Positions 37,579-47,087 of a DNA stretch of 64,000 nt are shown here, one piece after another. Within the stretch, counting starts at the first letter, position 1; each line of letters starts with the position of its first letter. The notes beneath the pieces were generated by a model. It searched no databases. It was not told where the DNA came from and saw only the letters and a program-made list of their open reading frames with translations. Position numbers and translations under genes: made by a program. Source of the DNA: Candidatus Omnitrophota bacterium (GTDB lineage: Bacteria; Omnitrophota; Gorgyraeia; Gygaellales; JAMWDD01). Location: contig JAQUNK010000001.1 in NCBI GenBank assembly GCA_028717645.1, forward strand, positions 4,184 to 68,183. The letters run 5' to 3'.

Positions 37579-39266
37579 TGTTTTGTGCCTATTATAGGTT
37601 TTTTCCAGATAGAACAATAAAAGCCGTTATATATGCTCTGATAGCAGGCATTCTTTATTTCTTCGGGATATTCCCGGGGAGGTATTGTGATGATGTAATC
37701 AGGGTTTTTATTAATTTCTACATAGTTAAGTTTTTTTCCAAAACGTTTGAATAGAATACTAAAAAGCATGTGCGGTTCATAGAATCTATCCGGCTTAGAG
37801 GTCCATTTACAGTTCTTATTAATAGTAAGGGAGCCGTTGTCTTCTATGATGCGAAAGGTAAATGTGGTGGTCTTATTTCCTCTAGGGATATCCCCGGATA
37901 TCATTTTTACAATTTTCATTCTTTCTTCAGATGGCATTAGCGCGTATATTAGTTGCTTTGGATGCTTTATATCTTGTGCTATCGAAACTGTAAATATAGT
38001 ACATACCAGTACCAAGGTTATGCAGCCAACGTATACTGTATTTTGTATAGCAACAAAAATAAGCTTGGTCCTATTATTTAGCCTATTTTTATTTGATACC
38101 AGTAGAAAATATATGCCTATTGAAGTGGCGAAGTTGCATAGCCCGATAAATTGCCCTCCGTAATCAGGCCGTTGGCTGAAAGGGAAAAATCCGATGAACA
38201 AAATTAGAACGTAAGATATATAGCAGGCCCCATAAATTATAGCCACAATAAAAGCAGGTATGAATAAACGCCCTGATTTGGTCTTGGTAAGTGATTGCCT
38301 GAAAGAATAAAACACCGACCAGCTAAATATGGTTAAGGTAAAAACCCATCTTATTGTTGCCAGGATCGTGCTTAAAACGATGGTTAGCAATGAATTGAAG
38401 TTTAGTTCGGAATTTATGTTCTGATCTAATAACTGTAAAATAGTTCCTGCATTTGCAGAAGAAAGCATTTTTCCCCATTCTTTTATTGCTAAAACAAATA
38501 AATTTATGTAGTACCCCAAGGGCCGTAAAGAGATATTTGTCGCTATCAGATTGACGGATTCTTTCCAGTCTTGGGAAGATAATATCCAGGGAAGCCATAT
38601 TTGCAAGAAAGAGGTAGCTGCACCTATTAAAAAAAACATAATATTTTTTAGAGTAATTTTCTTAGTTAGGAATAAGCCAGAGTAAATCAATATTATAAAA
38701 GGTAACCATACCGCCGGTATTGGATGTATACCGGGTAAAAAGAACGTAAGGTATCCGGTCAGGAAGGAACAGAGGAGGCTACGCGAATAAAAGGAAATAA
38801 ATATAAGGGTAAATAATAACACGATCAATGTCCTTGAGATATATTGTTCCCATAGATTTGTACCCGTTAATATCAGAGAGATATCGAAGAGAAGGTATGA
38901 GGCTGCTGCTAAATAAGCTATTTTATTCTTTAGATAGGACGCATCTATTCTTTTCAAAATAGAATTTAAGCAGATTAAGAGAATTATCGCATGGGCACAT
39001 AATAGCACTATTGATAGTGTAACCAAATTTTTAAATAAAACTACAAAGGGCAGGGATAGCCATATCATGCCTGGTGGAAAAAGAAGGCCCAGAGATGACA
39101 CTGTCCCATGGGTAGGAATTTGTGGTTTTAAGATTAGATTATAACTTAATTTATAAATTATGGATTGATCAAGCCCCCAGATAGTAATGGGTGCCGCTAG
39201 CAAGGCCAGAGCGAGAATAGATAGAAGGGGTAAACCATATGGAAAACCCAACTTTTTAATTTCCAC
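37575..39266 (-). CDS. Large polytopic membrane protein with a C-terminal soluble domain (hypothetical; polysaccharide polymerase or GT-C-like)
   Basis: About 13 TM helices with no catalytic motif recognised. It sits within a glycan operon. Confidence 0.4.
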   Translation of the reverse strand: MEIKKLGFPYGLPLLSILALALLAAPITIWGLDQSIIYKLSYNLILKPQIPTHGTVSSLGLLFPPGMIWLSLPFVVLFKNLVTLSIVLLCAHAIILLICLNSILKRIDASYLKNKIAYLAAASYLLFDISLILTGTNLWEQYISRTLIVLLFTLIFISFYSRSLLCSFLTGYLTFFLPGIHPIPAVWLPFIILIYSGLFLTKKITLKNIMFFLIGAATSFLQIWLPWILSSQDWKESVNLIATNISLRPLGYYINLFVLAIKEWGKMLSSANAGTILQLLDQNINSELNFNSLLTIVLSTILATIRWVFTLTIFSWSVFYSFRQSLTKTKSGRLFIPAFIVAIIYGACYISYVLILFIGFFPFSQRPDYGGQFIGLCNFATSIGIYFLLVSNKNRLNNRTKLIFVAIQNTVYVGCITLVLVCTIFTVSIAQDIKHPKQLIYALMPSEERMKIVKMISGDIPRGNKTTTFTFRIIEDNGSLTINKNCKWTSKPDRFYEPHMLFSILFKRFGKKLNYVEINKNPDYIITIPPREYPEEIKNACYQSIYNGFYCSIWKKPIIGTKQ

Positions 39267-39316
39267 GGTCCCTCAGGTATGCTATCTTTATACATTCAAA
39301 CATAGGAATAACCATA

Positions 39317-40726
39317 TTACCTATCCTTTTGGCTCAAAAAAAGACCTATAGCCGAACGCATGTATCTTTTAAGTTCGTCCCACGAACGTATGCCAGATAA
39401 CAGTTTTAGCAGGTATCTGGGCCTAAAATAAAACCCAAGATAAGCCTGTTTAGCTGCTCTTTGTATTTGGTCGTCTGAGACTTGTGTCCAGGGGGCGGGG
39501 AGCCTTTTTTCCGGGACGCGGCCTTTTATATATTCCTTCCAGAAATCATATCCCAATACCGTATTTACCTGTTCGCTTAATTCCGTATCTGGCTTTGCCA
39601 TCGTCCTATGATATTGTGCATAGTCGAGGCCGAGTTCGCGAGAATATTTTATTGTTCTATATAAAGTATCAACGGTTTCTCCGGGTACTCCCAGCATAAA
39701 AAATCCCAAAGCCATAATACCGGATCCTTTAGTCATGGCTACAGCTTTTTTTGCTTGTTTAACTGTAATTCCTTTTTTCATTTTGTTTAAATTTTCATCT
39801 GTTCCACTTTCGATGCCATAGAGTATTCTTCTGCACCCAGCTTTATACATATTATCCAATAACTCTTCATCTACTTGGTCCACGCGCGCGCGGCAGGCCC
39901 AATGGATATCTATTTTTTTCTCTATTATCCCTGTGCATATTTTTAGTACCCTGTTTCTTGATATTGTAAAGGAAGGATCGAAAATGTCCATTTCTCTTAT
40001 TCCGTGTTTACGATAACATTCTTCTACTTCCGAAATTACCGCTTCTTCTTTCCTGAAACTTAGGGGTATTTTATGTATATGGCAGAAAGTACATTTGGCG
40101 TTACAGCCTTTGCTGGTTACCATAATGGTATAGTTCTTCCTTTTAGACATAATTGCGTGGTACTTTTCATTAGGGAGAAGGTGCCGCGAAGGGAAAGGTA
40201 GCCTATCAAAATCTTCTTTTATTGTTTCAGGGGCCGAAATCATTATTCGGCCATGATTTTTATAACATACACCCGGTATGTCTACAGGTTTCGTGTTATC
40301 TTGTAGGCTCTTTATAAGCGCAGGTAAAGAATCGGTTGCCGGCCCTATAATTATATAATCTATTTCTTTATGCTGCAGCACTATTTCGGGATATAAACTG
40401 CAAAGAATGTTACCGGCAATAACTGGTAATGCCATTTTTTCTTTAAAATATTTTATCCAATTAAGCGTTTCAAAGAAACCATAAGCAGTAAGCATAAAAC
40501 CAAGCATATCCGGTTTAAATTCTTGGACTCGCGCTAATGCTTCTTCTTTTTTTAACTTTTCTGCGTTAGCATCGATTATGAATGATTTATTACCCATTTT
40601 TTCATTAATTGCGGCTGCATAGGCCAAACCCAGAGGGGGGAATACTCCGAATTCCCTGCTGACGATATCCATATCTTCTTCAAAGCTCTTATGCGATTGT
40701 GGAGGATATATAAAAGCTACATTCAT
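39317..40726 (-). CDS. Class-B (B12-binding domain) radical SAM protein
   Basis: The N-terminal B12-binding-like domain is PPLGLAYAAA ... IIGPATDS. The cluster motif is VTSKGCNAKCTFC. Confidence 0.8.
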   Translation of the reverse strand: MNVAFIYPPQSHKSFEEDMDIVSREFGVFPPLGLAYAAAINEKMGNKSFIIDANAEKLKKEEALARVQEFKPDMLGFMLTAYGFFETLNWIKYFKEKMALPVIAGNILCSLYPEIVLQHKEIDYIIIGPATDSLPALIKSLQDNTKPVDIPGVCYKNHGRIMISAPETIKEDFDRLPFPSRHLLPNEKYHAIMSKRKNYTIMVTSKGCNAKCTFCHIHKIPLSFRKEEAVISEVEECYRKHGIREMDIFDPSFTISRNRVLKICTGIIEKKIDIHWACRARVDQVDEELLDNMYKAGCRRILYGIESGTDENLNKMKKGITVKQAKKAVAMTKGSGIMALGFFMLGVPGETVDTLYRTIKYSRELGLDYAQYHRTMAKPDTELSEQVNTVLGYDFWKEYIKGRVPEKRLPAPWTQVSDDQIQRAAKQAYLGFYFRPRYLLKLLSGIRSWDELKRYMRSAIGLFLSQKDR

Positions 40727-40757
40727 ATAAAATTATATTTTATGGGTAATTTAAGGG

Positions 40758-42413
40758 TCATTTTCCTGTTTTATAGATGCTAATTGATGCATTTAATCCG
40801 AGCAAAGGCATATAGCGTAAGGGATATTTTACAAGATAATCCTGATAAAAGAAACGATTAAGAACATGAAGGTTATTTTTTGGCATCGGGATTTTTTTTA
40901 GTAAGGGAAAATCGGTCAGGGGATAGAAATCAGAAACTAAATATTTAACGGAATTTATTTTACTTAAGATTTCCGGATCCAATTCTTTTATTATTTTTCC
41001 ACGTCGTATGTATTGCCTAAGGTCAAGATAATCTAAATCTAAATGGTGCAAGATGATAAAATATTTTAATACATCATTTAGTGTATCTTCAGATGCATAT
41101 ACAATTACTAAGTTTGTAGTTTTTGTTTTGAGAGCAGCTGTATCTTTATCTATTTCCAGCAAGGCTTTTTCTACGGGATGATATTTTTCTATAGTTGTAG
41201 ATAGATAAAGGATATTAGAAATAAGGGAATAAAATAACACAAAAATAGTGGTTGCTAACATTACTTTTTTCAGTAGTTTCCCTTTTATGTATGATAATCC
41301 GCAGGCAATAATTATCGCTTGCGCCGGAAGTAACGGTAAAATATACCTAGGTTGCGCGTTAGGGACGATCAGAGAAAGAATAGCTGCTGGTACGAAAAAA
41401 TAGGCCAAGATCAGGTACATATTTTTTCTTTCGGCATTAGTTATAAATGAGTAAAAAGTAAATATTATTAAAGAGGGGATCAAGGTGCTTAGTATAAGTA
41501 TTGCTAGACAAAAATAATTGTTTATAAGGCTAGAATAAACAGATGTTGGCATGAATAGAAAAAGCACATACTTAAAAAATAAAATATGCGGGAAAAAACA
41601 TTGGCTAAAATCTGCTTCATATCTAAAAGTATTGATGTAACGCTGGATGAAGCCGTTTAAGTCTAAAAATCGAATAGCCCAGATTACAAATAGCCCTAAA
41701 ATAAGGGAAAAAGCGTAAAGTATATTCCTGGACCGATTAATTTTTTGTTTTTCATCATCTTTCGTTAATTCTTTAAAGGTGTATACCATATATACCAATA
41801 GCGGACCGAGGATATAGATCGCGAAGGTCCATTTCATAAGCATGCCGATGCCAGATGAGATCCCGAAAAGGATAGAGTAAAGCGGGTTTTTAAAATAATC
41901 CGTTTTTATGAGCAAGAATATGCTAAGGCACACGAAAGCAGTAAGGCCGACTTCCATGACAAAAAGATGTAAAAAAGTTAAGAAATAGAAGTTCAGGAAA
42001 GAAACTACCAATACGGCCAAGAGAGCAGTTGCGCGGTTTTTAATTATTTTTAGAGTTAAAAGATAAGTAGATGCCGCAGTGATTAGGTAATAGAACAGAT
42101 TAAAAGATGCGCATATCTTGTATGAGAAATATTTGAATAAAAAACAAATAAAAGCCGGTAACAGGAAATATAAAGGGGTATAAAATTCGTTATGGTAAGA
42201 AACTTTTGTATTTCCCAAGAAATTATTATAATATCCCAAAGCGAGTATTAATTTTTTTGCCTCGTCTCCAGAAGGCCTGCCGCTGTCTTTAAGGATGAAA
42301 AATAAGGATATGCATAAAAATGCCAAAACGATCAATATAAAAATCGTTAAATAAAAATACTTATTATCCGCTAAAGTTTTAAATTTCATCAGGTTTTTTA
42401 TTAAAGGGCTCAC
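40758..42413 (-). CDS. GT-C-fold membrane glycosyltransferase (ArnT/PMT GT39/GT83-like)
   Basis: About 12 TM helices with an SGDEAKKL DE motif in the first loop. Hydrophobic throughout. Confidence 0.5.
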   Translation of the reverse strand: MSPLIKNLMKFKTLADNKYFYLTIFILIVLAFLCISLFFILKDSGRPSGDEAKKLILALGYYNNFLGNTKVSYHNEFYTPLYFLLPAFICFLFKYFSYKICASFNLFYYLITAASTYLLTLKIIKNRATALLAVLVVSFLNFYFLTFLHLFVMEVGLTAFVCLSIFLLIKTDYFKNPLYSILFGISSGIGMLMKWTFAIYILGPLLVYMVYTFKELTKDDEKQKINRSRNILYAFSLILGLFVIWAIRFLDLNGFIQRYINTFRYEADFSQCFFPHILFFKYVLFLFMPTSVYSSLINNYFCLAILILSTLIPSLIIFTFYSFITNAERKNMYLILAYFFVPAAILSLIVPNAQPRYILPLLPAQAIIIACGLSYIKGKLLKKVMLATTIFVLFYSLISNILYLSTTIEKYHPVEKALLEIDKDTAALKTKTTNLVIVYASEDTLNDVLKYFIILHHLDLDYLDLRQYIRRGKIIKELDPEILSKINSVKYLVSDFYPLTDFPLLKKIPMPKNNLHVLNRFFYQDYLVKYPLRYMPLLGLNASISIYKTGK

Positions 42414-43884
42414 TGACCAGGACTTCGGGTATATATTTTAGATAGCGCATAAAATACCTCCTTCTGGGGATATCTAAGCGGTCGCGGCTAAAAATAGTAT
42501 AAAAATAGCTGATGGCAGCTGGATTCATCGAAGGCAGATAGCGGAATATTCTATGCTTCAGCATCCATCTGAACAGGAATGGCGGTAGGACATGGTATAA
42601 TTCAAGAAATAGACAATAGCGTTGCATATTCTTGGAATGCGTCTTATTATGCAGGGTATTGGCGGTTTCGCACGGTTCGGCAGCCAGTTTCTCTATATCA
42701 CTATCGTTCAGCACTCCTTTTTGTTTAGCGATATCAACGATATCTGTCTGAGGATAATATACTAGCCAGAAGACGCAGATCCTATTAGCCCTATGCTTGC
42801 TGTAGAAATCCGCGGTTTCCATGAAGCTATTTTCTGTTGCTTCCGGATAGCCTATTATATTATCTGCCACTACTCGAATAGCATGCTCACGGCAGAGTTT
42901 TATCGCTTTTATTATCTGTTCATTCGAATCCCGGCGGTTAAAGATTTCTTTTCTTACACGCTGATTTACACTTTGTACCCCTAAGCATAGCTGATAGCAT
43001 CCAGCCTTTTTAAGATAAGCAATAACATCTTCATCTATGGTAGAAGGCGAGCCGAAACAATATAGGGGAATGCCTATTTCCCGGCTATAATGTTGCGAGA
43101 ATTCTTTAAGCCAATCCTTATCGAAGGTAAAAAGATCGTCATTGATCCTTAATAGTTTAAAATTGTATTTTTTCTTTGCTGACTTCAACTCTTCTATAAC
43201 GTTAGGCACACTCCTTAACCTTATTTTTCTTTTTTCTTCAGGATAAAGCTTTTGCCAAACCGTATTATGGCAATAAGAACAATTGTAAATACAACCCCGC
43301 CTTGTAATAATAGTATAACCTGTCCTATATCTTGGTATTTCATTATAGTATAGTTCCTTGTCGGGGAAGGGCATAGAATCTAAGTCTTCTATGTACGGTC
43401 TAAGGGGATTCCTTATGATCCGGTCTCTATCTTTAAACCAGATATTCTTAATGGCATAGTCAACTTTATTATGCTTCAGAGAATTGGCGAGCTCTAAGAT
43501 GGCAAACTCGCCTTCTCCGATAGCAATAGAGTCTACACACTCCTGGCTGATCACTTCTTCGGGTGCCGAGCTGGGATGTATCCCTCCAAAAATTATATGG
43601 GCTGATGAGAAACTTTTTATTTTCCGGGCAAGGTTTAATGCCCAGGGGTAGGTAGAGCTTAGAACAGAAAAAGCCACTATCTTTGGATCATAGTTTTTGA
43701 TCTTGGTAAGCAGGTTCTTTTCATAATTAAAAAATGTATTTAACCCCTTTATTCTTATAAACTGGTCATTGAAGAGCAGCGGATCGAAGGCGATTTTGGT
43801 TTGGAACCCATTTTGTTTCAATACTGCGGAAAGGTATTCTATGCCTATATTCTCAAAAGCAGGGTAAACAAACATTACTTTCAT
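42379..43884 (-). CDS. Class-B (B12-binding domain) radical SAM protein
   Basis: IIFGGIHPSSAPEEV ... IGEGEF, with cluster motif ITRRGCIYNCSYC. It is a paralog of 54382..55914. Confidence 0.8.
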   Translation of the reverse strand: MKVMFVYPAFENIGIEYLSAVLKQNGFQTKIAFDPLLFNDQFIRIKGLNTFFNYEKNLLTKIKNYDPKIVAFSVLSSTYPWALNLARKIKSFSSAHIIFGGIHPSSAPEEVISQECVDSIAIGEGEFAILELANSLKHNKVDYAIKNIWFKDRDRIIRNPLRPYIEDLDSMPFPDKELYYNEIPRYRTGYTIITRRGCIYNCSYCHNTVWQKLYPEEKRKIRLRSVPNVIEELKSAKKKYNFKLLRINDDLFTFDKDWLKEFSQHYSREIGIPLYCFGSPSTIDEDVIAYLKKAGCYQLCLGVQSVNQRVRKEIFNRRDSNEQIIKAIKLCREHAIRVVADNIIGYPEATENSFMETADFYSKHRANRICVFWLVYYPQTDIVDIAKQKGVLNDSDIEKLAAEPCETANTLHNKTHSKNMQRYCLFLELYHVLPPFLFRWMLKHRIFRYLPSMNPAAISYFYTIFSRDRLDIPRRRYFMRYLKYIPEVLVSEPFNKKPDEI

Positions 43885-44008
43885 ATGCCTAGAAGTATCC
43901 TCTGAAATAAGATTTCAACGGGGCTTTTTTATGATATAATAACTATGCTAATATTCTAACCCCAGCATTTAAAATAGGTTAATTAAAAGTCTTGTTTTTC
44001 CCAATAAT
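43885..44008. promoter_or_regulatory. Divergent intergenic promoter region between minus-strand and plus-strand operons
   Basis: 124-bp AT-rich gap between divergently oriented starts. It contains TATAAT-like hexamers. Confidence 0.3.
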
Positions 44009-45016
44009 ATGCCGCAGACTTGTTTAGTGACAGGCGCAACCGGTTTTATCGGAAATCATTTAGTAAAAGCCCTGTCAGAGCATGGTTTTCATATTAAATG
44101 CCTAGTTGTACCTAAAGACAGAACAGATCATTTAAGAAAATTAGGCGTAGAATTGATTGCCGGCGATATCCAGGATAAAGGTTCTCTGGCAAAAGCTGTT
44201 AAAGGCGTCAACAGAGTATACCACTTAGCCGCCCATATCAGGCCAACTAAAGCCATAAATCATTTTCATGCTCAACATAAATTATATCAGAATATCAATG
44301 TTGCAGGAACAAGAAATTTAGCAGATGTTTGTTTGGGCGAAGGCATTCAGCGGTTCATTTATTTCAGCAGTTTTGAGGCTGTAGGCCTTGGCAAGGAAAT
44401 AACAGAGCAATCTTCTTGCCAGCCTGTTACCGACTATGGAAGAAGTAAGCTTGAGGCTGAAAAGTACATATTAGGGCTCTCTAGGGACAAAAATTTTCCA
44501 GCTCTGGTTATCCGTCCGGGTATAGTATATGGCCCGGGGAATATGAGCATCCTGCCGTTGTTCCGCCTAGCAAAGAGAAAGTTGATAATAACTATTGATC
44601 ATGGCGCCAATCTAATGCCTTTTTGTTTTATCGATGATTTAGTAAGAGGGGTATTAATGGCCGATAGCCATGGCAGAGATGGTTCAATATATAACATCTC
44701 CGGTAAGGCCTGTACTTTCAGGGAATTTATTAATACGATATGCGCTACCTTAGCCACAGAACCCATTATTTTGAACGTATCCCATAATTTAATTAAAAAA
44801 GTTGCCAGAGTAAAAGAAACTATAGAAAAAATGTCCAGGCTTAGTATTAATCCTTTTCTCGTGCATTTTAATAAAGATACAGTTTGTTTAATGCACAACG
44901 ATTGCAATATTATGGGTGATAAGTCCAAAAAAGAATTCGGGTATGTTCCGCAGGTTGAAATCAGAGAAGGGGTGTATTTAACGGTAAAATGGTATAAACA
45001 ACAAGGTTTACTATGA
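44009..45016 (+). CDS. NAD-dependent nucleotide-sugar epimerase/dehydratase (extended SDR)
   Basis: N-terminal CLVTGATGFIGNHLV Rossmann motif and the YxxxK region SDYGRSKLEAEKY. Confidence 0.85.
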   Translation: MPQTCLVTGATGFIGNHLVKALSEHGFHIKCLVVPKDRTDHLRKLGVELIAGDIQDKGSLAKAVKGVNRVYHLAAHIRPTKAINHFHAQHKLYQNINVAGTRNLADVCLGEGIQRFIYFSSFEAVGLGKEITEQSSCQPVTDYGRSKLEAEKYILGLSRDKNFPALVIRPGIVYGPGNMSILPLFRLAKRKLIITIDHGANLMPFCFIDDLVRGVLMADSHGRDGSIYNISGKACTFREFINTICATLATEPIILNVSHNLIKKVARVKETIEKMSRLSINPFLVHFNKDTVCLMHNDCNIMGDKSKKEFGYVPQVEIREGVYLTVKWYKQQGLL

Positions 45017-46059
45017 CAAGCGGGATCCGGGATTTTTTAAAGGAATGCGGATTAATTTGGAGAATGGGAGGCGGCCCATCGTCTTTTAAGAAGAAAATAA
45101 GGGCAGCCAGGTATATTTACAGTACAAAAATACTCCAAAAGAAAGTTCCGCTTTGTGCGATCTTGGGCCTTACCCATGAATGCCAATGCCGCTGTGAATA
45201 TTGTTCCGTAGAGGGATACCGGAGAAACCAGTCCTCTCCAGAATTAGATACGCAAGCAATAAAGAAACTTATTGATGATCTTATTGCCTTGGGAACAGTA
45301 AAAATAAATTTTTTTGGCGGAGAGCCATTGCTGCGTAAAGACATCATTGATTTAGTTTCATATGCTTCGCATAAAGGGCTCTTTGTGTTCGTCGATACCA
45401 ATGGTATCCTATTGAATGAAGAAAGAGTCAGAGAATTAAAAAAAGCGGGTGTATCGTGCGTTTTAGTGCATTTATCCAGCGCGCAGGAGGAAAGACACGA
45501 TAAGGTGGCTGGCCTGAAAGGCGCCTATAAAAGATCCGTTGCGGGCCTTATGCATTGCCTGAAGGAGAAAGTACCGTGTGTTATTTCTACTGTTGCTACA
45601 AAAGAGTCTATCAATTCGGGGGATTTAGCTAATCTGATAAAGTTTGCAAGAAAGAACAAGGCATCCGGAGTAAGGATGCTGCTGCCGATATTATCCGGAA
45701 AATGGCACAATAAGGAGGAGTATTTATTATCTGAAACAGAGCGCCGTGAGGCCATCAAATACTTAGACCCGGGTTTTGTTTATTTAGAAAGCGGGTTTTC
45801 ATACAAAAAAAACAAGCTTAACAGAATAAAATGCAGCGCCGGGAATAAAGAAACAATATACATAGCACCATCCGGAGACGTTCATCCCTGTTATGCGGTT
45901 CCTTATAGTTTCGGGAATATCAGAGAGGATCCTATAAAAGATATCATTAATCATATGTGGAACATCGATTTGTTTAAAAATTTTCCTCACGGAGATTGCA
46001 TTGCTAATCATGGAGAATATGGGAAATTCTTTGAAAGCGAAGCCGAGGTGAAGAATTGA
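45013..46059 (+). CDS. Radical SAM protein with a SPASM/twitch domain
   Basis: LTHECQCRCEYC, FFGGEPLL, and C-terminal CSAGN ... HPCYAVP ... GDCIANH. Confidence 0.75.
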   Translation: MTSGIRDFLKECGLIWRMGGGPSSFKKKIRAARYIYSTKILQKKVPLCAILGLTHECQCRCEYCSVEGYRRNQSSPELDTQAIKKLIDDLIALGTVKINFFGGEPLLRKDIIDLVSYASHKGLFVFVDTNGILLNEERVRELKKAGVSCVLVHLSSAQEERHDKVAGLKGAYKRSVAGLMHCLKEKVPCVISTVATKESINSGDLANLIKFARKNKASGVRMLLPILSGKWHNKEEYLLSETERREAIKYLDPGFVYLESGFSYKKNKLNRIKCSAGNKETIYIAPSGDVHPCYAVPYSFGNIREDPIKDIINHMWNIDLFKNFPHGDCIANHGEYGKFFESEAEVKN

Positions 46060-47084
46060 GTTTAAAAACGGCCGGAAGATTTTTGAATCTTTTGAAGTTT
46101 ATAATGAATACGGTTTATTCCCAGCAAGCAGGCTCGTTAGCCATCTATCATTTCAAAAAATATACTCTAAATACATGCGTACCCGAGGTTGTTTATTTGG
46201 CGCTTACTTTTAAGTGCCAGTTTAAATGCGAGTATTGCGGGATCGATTCTTATCCTAAACATAATAAGGAACTTTCTTACGATGAATGGAAAGGTATCAT
46301 CAACAAGCTGAAATTATCGGGAGTGCTGCGGATAGAATTTTCCGGAGGCGAGCCCTTTTTGCGGGAAGACCTAGAAGACTTGGTGTATTTTTCTTCTAAG
46401 AAAGGCCTGATAACTACAGTTTCGACTAATGGCTGGAGTGTTACAGGGGGAAGAATTAAAAAATTAAAAAATAATGGTTTGAATTGTTTATGCGTAAGTT
46501 TAGACGGCGCATCTGAAGAAAATCATGATAAGGCCTGTTTAACGAAGGGGAGTTTTTCTAGGGTACTAGAATTAATAAATATTTGTCGAAAAGAAAGATT
46601 ACCCTGCGTAATCAGCACTATTTTGAGAAAAGAAATTATCGCTTCAAGAGAATTTGCCAGGATCTTAGAATTGGGAGAGAAAATGCACGTATCAGGAATA
46701 AGATTAATATCTCCTCTTGCCGTTGGAAAGTGGCTGGGGAAAGATAAGGAAATTCTTACGCCTGAAGATAAGGACGCAATAAGAGGAATGATCGATTGTC
46801 ACTTTGTTCCTGTTGTCGGAAGAGGGATCAATGATGGTCCGTGCGGGGTATCAAATGGCTATTCTATTTTTATTTCTCCTATAGGCGAGGTTCAGCCCTG
46901 CGGGTATATACCGTATTCTTTCGGCAATATCCTTAAGGATGAATTGCCTAGTATCTCAAAGCGCATATTAATTAATGAGATGTTCAAGAAAAAGAGCTCG
47001 TGCAGGATAGAGAACTATGAATTCAGGCATAAATATCTATATCCTATCGAACAAGGCGCCGAAACGCCGATTAAATTATATTAA
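46056..47084 (+). CDS. Radical SAM protein with a SPASM/twitch domain (tandem paralog)
   Basis: LTFKCQFKCEYC, FSGGEPFL, and C-terminal GPCGVSNG ... VQPCGYIP. Confidence 0.75.
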   Translation: MSLKTAGRFLNLLKFIMNTVYSQQAGSLAIYHFKKYTLNTCVPEVVYLALTFKCQFKCEYCGIDSYPKHNKELSYDEWKGIINKLKLSGVLRIEFSGGEPFLREDLEDLVYFSSKKGLITTVSTNGWSVTGGRIKKLKNNGLNCLCVSLDGASEENHDKACLTKGSFSRVLELINICRKERLPCVISTILRKEIIASREFARILELGEKMHVSGIRLISPLAVGKWLGKDKEILTPEDKDAIRGMIDCHFVPVVGRGINDGPCGVSNGYSIFISPIGEVQPCGYIPYSFGNILKDELPSISKRILINEMFKKKSSCRIENYEFRHKYLYPIEQGAETPIKLY

Positions 47085-47087
47085 TAG

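Noticed and set aside
24563-47084. RiPP interpretation of the five SPASM-type radical SAM genes
   Set aside because: I scanned the intergenic regions around each (24549-24562, 43885-44008, 35281 and others) and found no short ORFs with an RBS. All neighbours are carbohydrate enzymes. A glycan-tailoring role is therefore more parsimonious, though this remains untested.
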